Counted from the first letter of the stretch, positions 1 through 5,980 are shown. The stretch is DNA of 14,107 nucleotides from an uncultured Clostridia bacterium (GCA_963558405.1 CAUWGC010000026.1:1-14107); one strand, 5' to 3'. Made by a program: numbers and translations. The notes: a model not told the origin generated them from the letters alone.

Positions 1-118
1 TTCATAATTCTGTGGATAACATTCCGCAAATTTTCAAAAAATACCGAAACTTAAATTTTGTGCCACTTGCTTTTCCTAAAATTTTATGATATTATATTTT
101 TAGTTTTGTTTTTTGGAG

Positions 119-400
119 TTAGATATGCGCTTTTTGCATTTCCAACTCTTTTATTTTTATATTTGTATATTCTAATGCATTAAAATAATCTTTTTCTAAT
201 ATTGTAGCTTGTATATTTTGAAATGTTTCTCTTTCTTCATTTACAGCTCTGTAATATCTTTTCTCTAATAAATTACATATATCTATACAGATTTCGATAT
301 ATATAAGTATTTCATTTCTTATTGCATCATTATTATTTAATATCCACTGTAATTTTAAACTGATTTTTTTAAGATAAAATTCTATTAGTTCTTTTTCCAA
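119..400 (-). CDS. Hypothetical phage early protein (93 aa)
   Basis: TTG start preceded by AAGGAGG SD; co-oriented with the early operon; no recognisable motif. Confidence 0.75.
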   Translation of the reverse strand: MEKELIEFYLKKISLKLQWILNNNDAIRNEILIYIEICIDICNLLEKRYYRAVNEERETFQNIQATILEKDYFNALEYTNIKIKELEMQKAHI

Positions 401-417
401 CTAGATTTCCTCCTTTT

Positions 418-525
418 CTATAATAAATTAATTAATATATTGCTTATAGTTTCTGCTATATAACAACCTAATATTGGTAACCATATTAGGCTTGTCCCTA
501 ATAAAAATTCTTTAAACTTTTTCAT
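418..525 (-). CDS. Small hydrophobic peptide (35 aa, MKKFKEFLLGTSLIWLPILGCYIAETISNILINLL)
   Basis: Not in the ORF track. ATG at 525 with GAAAGGAG SD and TAG at 418-420; packs tightly between neighbouring genes. Confidence 0.7.
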   Translation of the reverse strand: MKKFKEFLLGTSLIWLPILGCYIAETISNILINLL

Positions 526-544
526 TAGTTAACTCCTTTCGTTT

Positions 545-667
545 CTATTTGACTTGTGTATAAATTAATGTAAGATAATCTTCTACTCTTTTTATTATTT
601 GTTTTTTTTGCTCTTCTGTTGGTGGATTTTTCACAATCACTTTAAACTTTCTTTCTTTATTTTTCAT
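545..667 (-). CDS. Small hypothetical phage protein (40 aa, MKNKERKFKVIVKNPPTEEQKKQIIKRVEDYLTLIYTQVK)
   Basis: Not in the ORF track. ATG at 667 with AGAGGTG SD; TAG at 545-547. Confidence 0.7.
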   Translation of the reverse strand: MKNKERKFKVIVKNPPTEEQKKQIIKRVEDYLTLIYTQVK

Positions 668-787
668 AACCAGCACCTCTCTATATTTTATTTAGAAAGT
701 TTGTACTAATTGATTATTTTTTTTGATATAATTACCTCGAAAGTGAGGTAGTATTATGACTGAATTTATTAGAAAATACTCATAAGG

Positions 788-985
788 TTAATAAGAGTCT
801 TGAAGATTAGTATCAATCTTTTTTAATGATGGTATAACTGCTTCGGAAACTTTTGCACCATCTATTTTTATTTTAGAAAACTCTTCTCTAATTTGTGCCA
901 ATTGTTGTTTTGTAAGTACCGTATCATTACTTTTGAACTCTTTTACAAAATCTTTTATTTCTTGTACACTTCCTTCTATTTTCAA
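788..985 (-). CDS. Hypothetical phage early protein (65 aa)
   Basis: TTG start with a purine-rich SD (AGGAGGGAGAAGG); co-oriented with the early operon. Confidence 0.75.
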   Translation of the reverse strand: MKIEGSVQEIKDFVKEFKSNDTVLTKQQLAQIREEFSKIKIDGAKVSEAVIPSLKKIDTNLQDSY

Positions 986-1045
986 CCTTCTCCCTCCTAA
1001 CTTACTTATTTTACATTCCTGCTATATTCTTAAAATTCAATATTT

Positions 1046-1144
1046 CTAACAATTATAGAAACGTAGAAATATAAATATTCCAAATAAGATTACGTTTATC
1101 CATTGAGTTATCACTAGTACTAGTAATAACTTTTTTCTGTCCAT
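1046..1144 (-). CDS. Small single-TM membrane peptide (32 aa, MDRKKLLLVLVITQWINVILFGIFIFLRFYNC)
   Basis: Not in the ORF track. ATG at 1144 with AAGGAGG SD; basic N-terminus followed by ~22 mostly hydrophobic residues. Confidence 0.7.
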   Translation of the reverse strand: MDRKKLLLVLVITQWINVILFGIFIFLRFYNC

Positions 1145-1164
1145 CAGCTTGCCTCCTTTATGCT

Positions 1165-1192
1165 TTGCTTTTATTTACCACTATGCTATAAT
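1165..1192 (+). promoter_or_regulatory. sigmaA-type promoter for the rightward gene at 1216
   Basis: TTGCTT (1165-1170), 16-bp spacer, TG-C-TATAAT (1184-1192). Confidence 0.65.
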
Positions 1193-1215
1193 TTTGTCGA
1201 AAGGTGGTGATTAAT

Positions 1216-1419
1216 TTGGATATTAAAAATATATCTTCTAAATCAGATGTACATAATCATCTTGAAAGTAATATCGAAGCCTATAAGGAAGAAATAAAAG
1301 ACATAATTAAAAACAGTAACTTTACTTCTTCGCAACAACAAGATTTAGAGAATATAGCTCGACAACATTACTATTCTTTACGTGACATCATTAAATCTAT
1401 TGAAATATTAAGTCAATAG
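1216..1419 (+). CDS. Hypothetical protein (67 aa), oriented opposite to the early operon
   Basis: The SD AAGGTGGTGA (1201-1210) favours TTG at 1216 over GTG at 1204. It has its own promoter, and its 3' end overlaps the convergent 1413-1652 gene by 7 nt. Confidence 0.75.
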   Translation: MDIKNISSKSDVHNHLESNIEAYKEEIKDIIKNSNFTSSQQQDLENIARQHYYSLRDIIKSIEILSQ

Positions 1420-1652
1420 TTATTAATAGTAGCAAGTTCTGTCCCATCAGAATTTGCTATTATTACTTTTGGCGGTCTAGCATTCCAATCTTCTGAAACT
1501 GCTTCTTTATATTTCTTTGCGATTTGTTTAGCCTTTAATAAATTTTTTTCATTAAATTCTTTACTAGAAAAATCTTCTTCTAATAATTCTTCTAGTAACT
1601 TTTTTCTTTGTTTCAAATGTTCTTTATTAATATTTTGAAATTTTATCTCCAT
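1413..1652 (-). CDS. Hypothetical phage early protein (79 aa)
   Basis: ATG with AAGGAGGT SD; first gene after cro. Confidence 0.75.
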   Translation of the reverse strand: MEIKFQNINKEHLKQRKKLLEELLEEDFSSKEFNEKNLLKAKQIAKKYKEAVSEDWNARPPKVIIANSDGTELATINNY

Positions 1653-1696
1653 CTCAGCTTACCTCCTTTGTTTTTAATGCACGTTTTGTGTTTTCA

Positions 1697-1882
1697 TTAT
1701 ATAAAAAAAATATTAACATCAAATTGAGGGTATTTTTTCTTGAGTTTAGTTAAAAATTCTCTACTTGGCTTTCTTGCTCCAGTTTCTAACTTGTCATATA
1801 ATGATTTTGAAATACCTATCGTATTTGCAAATTCTTGAGTAGTAAGGTTTAGGGAATTTCTAAAATCTTTTAATGCTTTCAT
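1697..1882 (-). CDS. Cro-like XRE HTH regulator (61 aa)
   Basis: HTH_3 pattern (LTTQEFANTIGISKSLYDKLETGARKPS). The AGGAGGTG SD supports ATG at 1882 rather than 1924. Divergent from the repressor gene. Confidence 0.9.
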   Translation of the reverse strand: MKALKDFRNSLNLTTQEFANTIGISKSLYDKLETGARKPSREFLTKLKKKYPQFDVNIFFI

Positions 1883-1912
1883 GTTTTCACCTCCTGCACA
1901 TTTCGTGTTTTT

Positions 1913-1941
1913 ATAATATAACACAGTTTGTGCTTTGTCAA
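1913..1941 (-). promoter_or_regulatory. Lytic (cro) sigmaA promoter
   Basis: TTGACA (1941-1936), 17 bp, TATTAT (1918-1913); the operator at 1921-1933 lies in the spacer. Confidence 0.8.
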
Positions 1942-1989
1942 TAGTTTTTTTAAAATTTTTTTATTTTTTTACACAAATTGTGTTTTATG

Positions 1990-2018
1990 TTTACTTAACA
2001 CAATTTGTGTGATAAAAT
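1990..2018 (+). promoter_or_regulatory. Lysogenic (repressor) sigmaA promoter
   Basis: TTTACT (1990-1995), 17 bp, TG-A-TAAAAT (2010-2018); the operator at 1998-2010 lies in the spacer. Confidence 0.7.
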
Positions 2019-2042
2019 AATAATAATTTAGGAGAGTGAATT

Positions 2043-2375
2043 ATGAAAGGAAATAGAATAAAAAAATTAAGAGAAGAAAAGAATATGAAACAAGAAGATT
2101 TAGCTAGGGTTCTTTCTATTTCTTCTAGTGCGGTAGGGATGTACGAAAGGGATGAGCGAGAGCCAAACGATGAAATAACACTTAAGCTGGCCGAATACTT
2201 TGGTGTATCAACAGACTATTTACTTGGCAAATCCGATATACGTAATCCAGAAGAACTCAATAAAGTACAATTTGCTAATGCAGGAGGACTTGATACAAAA
2301 GGACTTGATGAAGAAGATTTAGAAGAGTTACAAAGACAAATAGATTATATAAAGAAAATGAAAGGTAAAAAATAA
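2043..2375 (+). CDS. CI/ImmR-like XRE-family phage repressor (110 aa)
   Basis: N-terminal HTH_3 (IKKLREE...QEDLA...VGMYERDEREP...LAEYFGVSTDYLLG). The short C-terminal domain has no S24 peptidase, consistent with cleavage in trans by ImmA. Confidence 0.92.
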   Translation: MKGNRIKKLREEKNMKQEDLARVLSISSSAVGMYERDEREPNDEITLKLAEYFGVSTDYLLGKSDIRNPEELNKVQFANAGGLDTKGLDEEDLEELQRQIDYIKKMKGKK

Positions 2376-3047
2376 ATGGAAGAAGATAATAATATTCAAA
2401 GAAATAAAGCAATAATACATAAAGATAATTCATTAAATAGGCTTAATTTATCTTTTCTTAAGCATATTGATCTAGAAGAATATAAAACTAGTCATTTATT
2501 ATCTTATTGGATAAATGATTATGCTAATTATCATGATGAAGAAAAATCATTTGATACAGGTAAACTTATAACTTTTAAAAGAGGGACTATTGTCAAAGCT
2601 AATTTAGGATTTAATATTGGTCATGAATTAGGAGGTTTACATTATTGCATTGTTTTAACCAAAAATGATACCCCTAAAAATGGTACATTAAATGTAATTC
2701 CATTAACTTCTAAAGATAAAAAGTATAAAGGTTGTGTTAATTTAGGAAGTGAAATATATGAATTATTAATTCAGAATATACAAGCTGAACAAATATCTTT
2801 ACGTGAATTAGTAAAAGAATCTACAAATCAAGAAATTACTGATGAAATGCAAAGAAAATTAGAGTATATACACAAACTTAGTACAGAAGTAAAGAAAATG
2901 AAAAATAATAGTGTTGCATTATTAAATCAAATAACAACAATTAGTAAACAAAGACTATTTGATATTGATATATTACATAAAGTAAGATTATCTTCCTCTA
3001 CACTTGATATATTAGATAAAACAATTATTGATTTTTTCACAAAATAA
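2376..3047 (+). CDS. Long PemK/MazF-family endoribonuclease-like protein (223 aa), with no adjacent protein antitoxin gene
   Basis: PemK motifs FKRGTIVKANLGFNIGHELGGLHYCIVL, NVIPLTSK and ALLNQITTISKQRL, plus a ~65-aa N-terminal extension and a helical insert. The ATG directly follows the repressor TAA. Confidence 0.85.
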   Translation: MEEDNNIQRNKAIIHKDNSLNRLNLSFLKHIDLEEYKTSHLLSYWINDYANYHDEEKSFDTGKLITFKRGTIVKANLGFNIGHELGGLHYCIVLTKNDTPKNGTLNVIPLTSKDKKYKGCVNLGSEIYELLIQNIQAEQISLRELVKESTNQEITDEMQRKLEYIHKLSTEVKKMKNNSVALLNQITTISKQRLFDIDILHKVRLSSSTLDILDKTIIDFFTK

Positions 3048-3073
3048 AGAGGAGAGTTGCTATTGAACCCTCC
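3041..3073 (-). terminator. Intrinsic terminator of the predicted sRNA
   Basis: GGAGGGUU-CAAUAGC-AACUCUCC followed by a U-rich tail. The one non-Watson-Crick pair is G-U on the minus strand but A-C on the plus strand. Confidence 0.65.
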
Positions 3074-3117
3074 AAAGTGTTTCTGACGCCCGACTACTAT
3101 ATAGTAGTGGGAAAGTT
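3041..3117 (-). ncRNA. Predicted ~75-nt structured small RNA convergent on the PemK gene (candidate antitoxin)
   Basis: Perfect upstream promoter, 5' hairpin at 3089-3111, terminator hairpin at 3051-3073 followed by UCUUUAUUUU. No ORF; GC-richer than the flanks. Confidence 0.65.
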
Positions 3118-3123
3118 AAATAT

Positions 3124-3152
3124 ATTATAACAAATTATATTTAACTTGTCAA
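3124..3152 (-). promoter_or_regulatory. Perfect-consensus sigmaA promoter pointing back at the PemK gene
   Basis: TTGACA (3152-3147), 17 bp, TG-T-TATAAT (3132-3124). Confidence 0.85.
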
Positions 3153-3215
3153 ATATTTGACATTACCTATTATACTCATAAATGAAAAAAATATTACATA
3201 TAGAGGTATCTTATT

Positions 3216-3648
3216 GTGGAATTAATAGATTTAGAAAATGTAGCTAGTCGTGAAAAAATTTGTATCAGCAATTTTAAAATGAGAAAAACAAAGGCTAGAA
3301 TAATTAAATATAATAACACTTGTATTTTTATGGACTATTCCAAAATACATACTTACACAGAAGAAAAATGTTTATTAGCAGAAGAGCTTGGTCACTATTA
3401 TTATTCTGCTTACTATACATTAAATTCTGATAAAGAATTTATAGACAAACAAGAATATAAAGCAATGAAATGGAAATCGCTTATTTGTGTGTCTTTAAAT
3501 TCAATTTTAAGCTGTTTTTATAAACGGAATATATAATTTATCAGATATTGCAGAAGAATTAAATGTGGAACCTAATATGGTAGAATTTGCATACAATTAT
3601 TATAAAGATAATAACCAATTAAAGACAAATGCTTTTGATAGCATTTAA
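3216..3648 (+). pseudogene. ImmA/IrrE-family metallopeptidase (anti-repressor) split by a +1 frameshift near 3511-3533; ~143 aa if joined
   Basis: LAEELGHYY (HEXXH variant) and KQEYKA motifs. Frame 0 stops at 3536. The typical C-terminus GIYNLSDIAEELNVEPNMVEFAYNYY continues in the +1 frame to TAA at 3646-3648. Confidence 0.8.
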
Positions 3649-3697
3649 TTTTCAAGAACATTAACAAACAAAAGTTTTACATAAGGAGATGTTTTAT

Positions 3698-5140
3698 ATG
3701 TTACAAAGAGGAGCTTGCTATATTCGTGTATCTACAGATAATCAAACAGAATTTAGTCCAGACGCACAATTAAAAGCAATTCGTAAGTATGCTGAATTAA
3801 ACAATATTATTTTAAATGATGAATATATTTTTGTTGATGAAGGAATATCTGGAAGAAAAGCTGATAAAAGGCCTGCTTTTCAACAAATGATAAAAATTGC
3901 TAAATCTAAGCCCAAAAAATTTGACGTCATACTTGTACATAAATTTGATAGATTTGCTCGTTCGAGAGAGGACAGCGTAGTATATAAATCTCTACTAAAA
4001 AAAGAATGTGGTATTAAAGTTATTTCTACGACAGAAAGTATTGAAGATGATAAATTTTCTGTTATTCTTGAGGCTATGTTAGAAGCAATGGCAGAATATT
4101 ATTCTTTAAATTTAGCAGATGAAGTAAAAAAAGGAATGACTGAAAAAGCTACAAGAGGACAATATCAGTCTTCTCCACCATTTGGCTATAAAATGCAAAA
4201 TAAAGTACTTTCAATTATTGAAGATGAGGCTAATATTGTAAAATTTATATTTGAGAAATTTACTTCTAAAGAAATGAATGTATTGCAAATTGCTAAATAT
4301 GTAAATAACTTAGGTTATAAGACACATAGAGGAAATAAATTTGAAAACAGGACTATAGAATATATTTTAACAAATCCTGTTTATATTGGTTATGCTCGTT
4401 GGACTCCTTCTGGGAAAATAAAAAGAGGTCAAACTAATAAAGAAACCATAATAGAAAAATCTCAACATGAACCAATAATCTCTGAAGAATTATTTCAAAA
4501 AGCCCATGAAATAATCGAAAAAAACAAAATGATACATAAGAAATATTTTAAAAGCACAAATTCTAATTTACACTGGTTAAATGGATTAATTAAATGTAAA
4601 TTGTGTGGACATACACTAGTTAGAAATCAAAAAGATTTTTATCAATGTAATGGTTATACTAAAGGAAAATGCTTAAAAAGTCAGCTTGTAAAAATAACTA
4701 ATATAGAAAAGGCAATACTTGAACAAATAAAAAATGATTTTACAAATAATATAAATATTAATGTCAAATTTAATTTAGATAAAACTAATAATAATGACGT
4801 TTCTATTATATTATCTGAATTAGAAAAACTTAAAGAAAAAGAAGTTCGTATAAAAGATGCATATATTAATGGAATAGATTCTATAGAAGAATATAAAGAA
4901 AACAAGCAAAATTTAGAGAAACAAAATAAAATGTTAAATAATCAATTGATGAAACTACAAAGTAAAAAAGATATGAAAAAAAGAGAAACAATTATAAAAG
5001 AACAACTAAAAACAATTTACAATATTTTAACTGATGACAGAATCGATATGCAAAGAAAATATGAAGTATCACATATGATTATAGATAGAATAGATTTCAA
5101 TAGAGATGATGGCATTTTAGAGCTTACTTATAAAGTATAA
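3698..5140 (+). CDS. Large serine recombinase (phage integrase), 480 aa
   Basis: Catalytic YIRVSTDNQ, DEGISG...RPAFQQM, KFDRFARS; recombinase domain (PPFGY...ILTNPVYIG...HEPIIS); zinc ribbon CKLCG...C...C; coiled coil. The AAGGAG SD (3683-3688) favours ATG at 3698. Confidence 0.96.
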   Translation: MLQRGACYIRVSTDNQTEFSPDAQLKAIRKYAELNNIILNDEYIFVDEGISGRKADKRPAFQQMIKIAKSKPKKFDVILVHKFDRFARSREDSVVYKSLLKKECGIKVISTTESIEDDKFSVILEAMLEAMAEYYSLNLADEVKKGMTEKATRGQYQSSPPFGYKMQNKVLSIIEDEANIVKFIFEKFTSKEMNVLQIAKYVNNLGYKTHRGNKFENRTIEYILTNPVYIGYARWTPSGKIKRGQTNKETIIEKSQHEPIISEELFQKAHEIIEKNKMIHKKYFKSTNSNLHWLNGLIKCKLCGHTLVRNQKDFYQCNGYTKGKCLKSQLVKITNIEKAILEQIKNDFTNNININVKFNLDKTNNNDVSIILSELEKLKEKEVRIKDAYINGIDSIEEYKENKQNLEKQNKMLNNQLMKLQSKKDMKKRETIIKEQLKTIYNILTDDRIDMQRKYEVSHMIIDRIDFNRDDGILELTYKV

Positions 5141-5154
5141 TATCAAATGCCATC
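5108..5154. repeat. 47-bp imperfect palindrome at the prophage/host junction (att region)
   Basis: Perfect 10-bp outer arms GATGGCATTT (5108-5117) and AAATGCCATC (5145-5154); inner TACTT/AAGTA around 5131. Confidence 0.6.
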
Positions 5155-5250
5155 TGGACCACCATATTGTGAAATAATAAATTTAGCAAGTCTTGGATTT
5201 GGGCATTTTATTTTTACTGGATACTGTAATACTTTGTTATATGTCCACAT
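5143..5250 (-). pseudogene. cotJC: 5' fragment of the spore coat manganese catalase gene cotJC, interrupted by the prophage
   Basis: Translates to MWTYNKVLQYPVKIKCPNPRLAKFIISQYGGPDGI*, the CotJC N-terminus. Starts 2 nt after the cotJB stop and diverges where GGPDG should continue as E-L. Confidence 0.93.
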
Positions 5251-5252
5251 TA

Positions 5253-5633
5253 TTAGTTCCCCCTTTCCCATGGCCATGGTTCTTCCAACCATCTCCATTT
5301 ATTACATGGAAAATAGATTGTAAGTGGTCCATATACCTTTTGATATTTATCTTTTAAATCTTTTAATCTTTTGCAATATTCTCTATGCAAACAAAGAGCT
5401 TTGGGACTATCAGGATGTGTATCTAAATATTGTGCTAATTCTACAATAGCAAATTCTAATTCTCTTATTTGCATAAGCATTTCTTCTCTTACTCTATTTT
5501 TTTCTTGACATTCACATTCATCCATAATATTGGCATTTTCTATTTCTTGTACAGTATTATTTTGATTATTCATTGGCATAAAATTTCCACATCCACAGTT
5601 TCTATTTTCTTCTTTTTCATTATAGTTTAACAT
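5253..5633 (-). CDS. cotJB: Spore coat protein CotJB, with N-terminal extension
   Basis: ELEFAIVELAQYLDTHP...YQKVYGPLT...WRWLEEPWPWE signature; lies between cotJA and cotJC. Confidence 0.93.
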   Translation of the reverse strand: MLNYNEKEENRNCGCGNFMPMNNQNNTVQEIENANIMDECECQEKNRVREEMLMQIRELEFAIVELAQYLDTHPDSPKALCLHREYCKRLKDLKDKYQKVYGPLTIYFPCNKWRWLEEPWPWERGN

Positions 5634-5980
5634 TTATTACATCCCTCCCCAATTTTATTTGTTGCTCTTATATAAGCTATTTCTTCCATTGATTGACCTG
5701 GCATATATGGTCTTACTAATTCTGGAAATATAGTTCCCATTTTAAGTCCAACACAAGGCACAAATGTTGTATTTATTATTTGTTGTGGAACATAACTTTG
5801 AGCTAATATTGGTTCTGATGGAAAAGGATTAAACTCTTCTTCAAATCCACATTCGCAGTTTTTTTCTGAATTGTTGTAATTTGCTACATTTCCTACATTA
5901 TTGCATATTGTTTCTAAATACTCGTTATTACATGTTTTTTGACAATTACAATTACAACAACATTTCCATTGACAATTCAT
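5627..5980 (-). CDS. cotJA: Spore coat protein CotJA, with Cys-rich N-terminal extension
   Basis: LAQSYVPQQ...GLKMGTIFPELVRPY signature; AAGGAGG SD; overlaps cotJB by 7 nt. Confidence 0.9.
   Translation of the reverse strand: MNCQWKCCCNCNCQKTCNNEYLETICNNVGNVANYNNSEKNCECGFEEEFNPFPSEPILAQSYVPQQIINTTFVPCVGLKMGTIFPELVRPYMPGQSMEEIAYIRATNKIGEGCNKC

Larger units (their letters stand above)
1679..2010. promoter_or_regulatory. Five 13-bp palindromic operators RCACR-N3-YGTGY
   Basis: GCACGTTTTGTGT 1679-1691; GCACATTTCGTGT 1896-1908; ACACAGTTTGTGC 1921-1933; ACACAAATTGTGT 1971-1983; ACACAATTTGTGT 1998-2010. Confidence 0.85.
1..5150. mobile_element. Right end of a temperate prophage (early genes, lysogeny module, integrase) integrated into cotJC; extends beyond the left window edge
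   Basis: The gene order is typical of Bacillota temperate phages: small leftward early genes, divergent Cro/CI HTH pair, cargo gene, ImmA, serine integrase. The cotJC reading frame breaks at ~5149-5151. Confidence 0.9.

Noticed and set aside
11-19. Perfect DnaA box (TGTGGATAA = TTATCCACA on the minus strand)
   Set aside because: A single copy at the window edge with no cluster; cannot support an origin or regulatory call.
549-576. Plus-strand TTGACT...TAAGAT promoter
   Set aside because: Weak -10 with 16-bp spacing inside a coding ORF; likely chance.
2043-2375. Upstream HTH gene as the type II antitoxin of the PemK protein
   Set aside because: Better explained as the CI/ImmR repressor (divergent cro, operators, ImmA partner); not MazE/AbrB-like. 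A dual role cannot be excluded.
3666-3677. AAAC-AAAA-GTTT upstream of the integrase as a LexA box, and nearby CATA as a sigmaK -10
   Set aside because: The box lacks the conserved G in both half-sites and sits in A/T-rich sequence. The AC-to-CATA spacing and final T do not fit sigmaK.
4681-4905. 74-aa minus-strand ORF in the ORF track
   Set aside because: Antisense shadow of the integrase coiled-coil region; F/S/I/L-rich composition typical of reverse frames.
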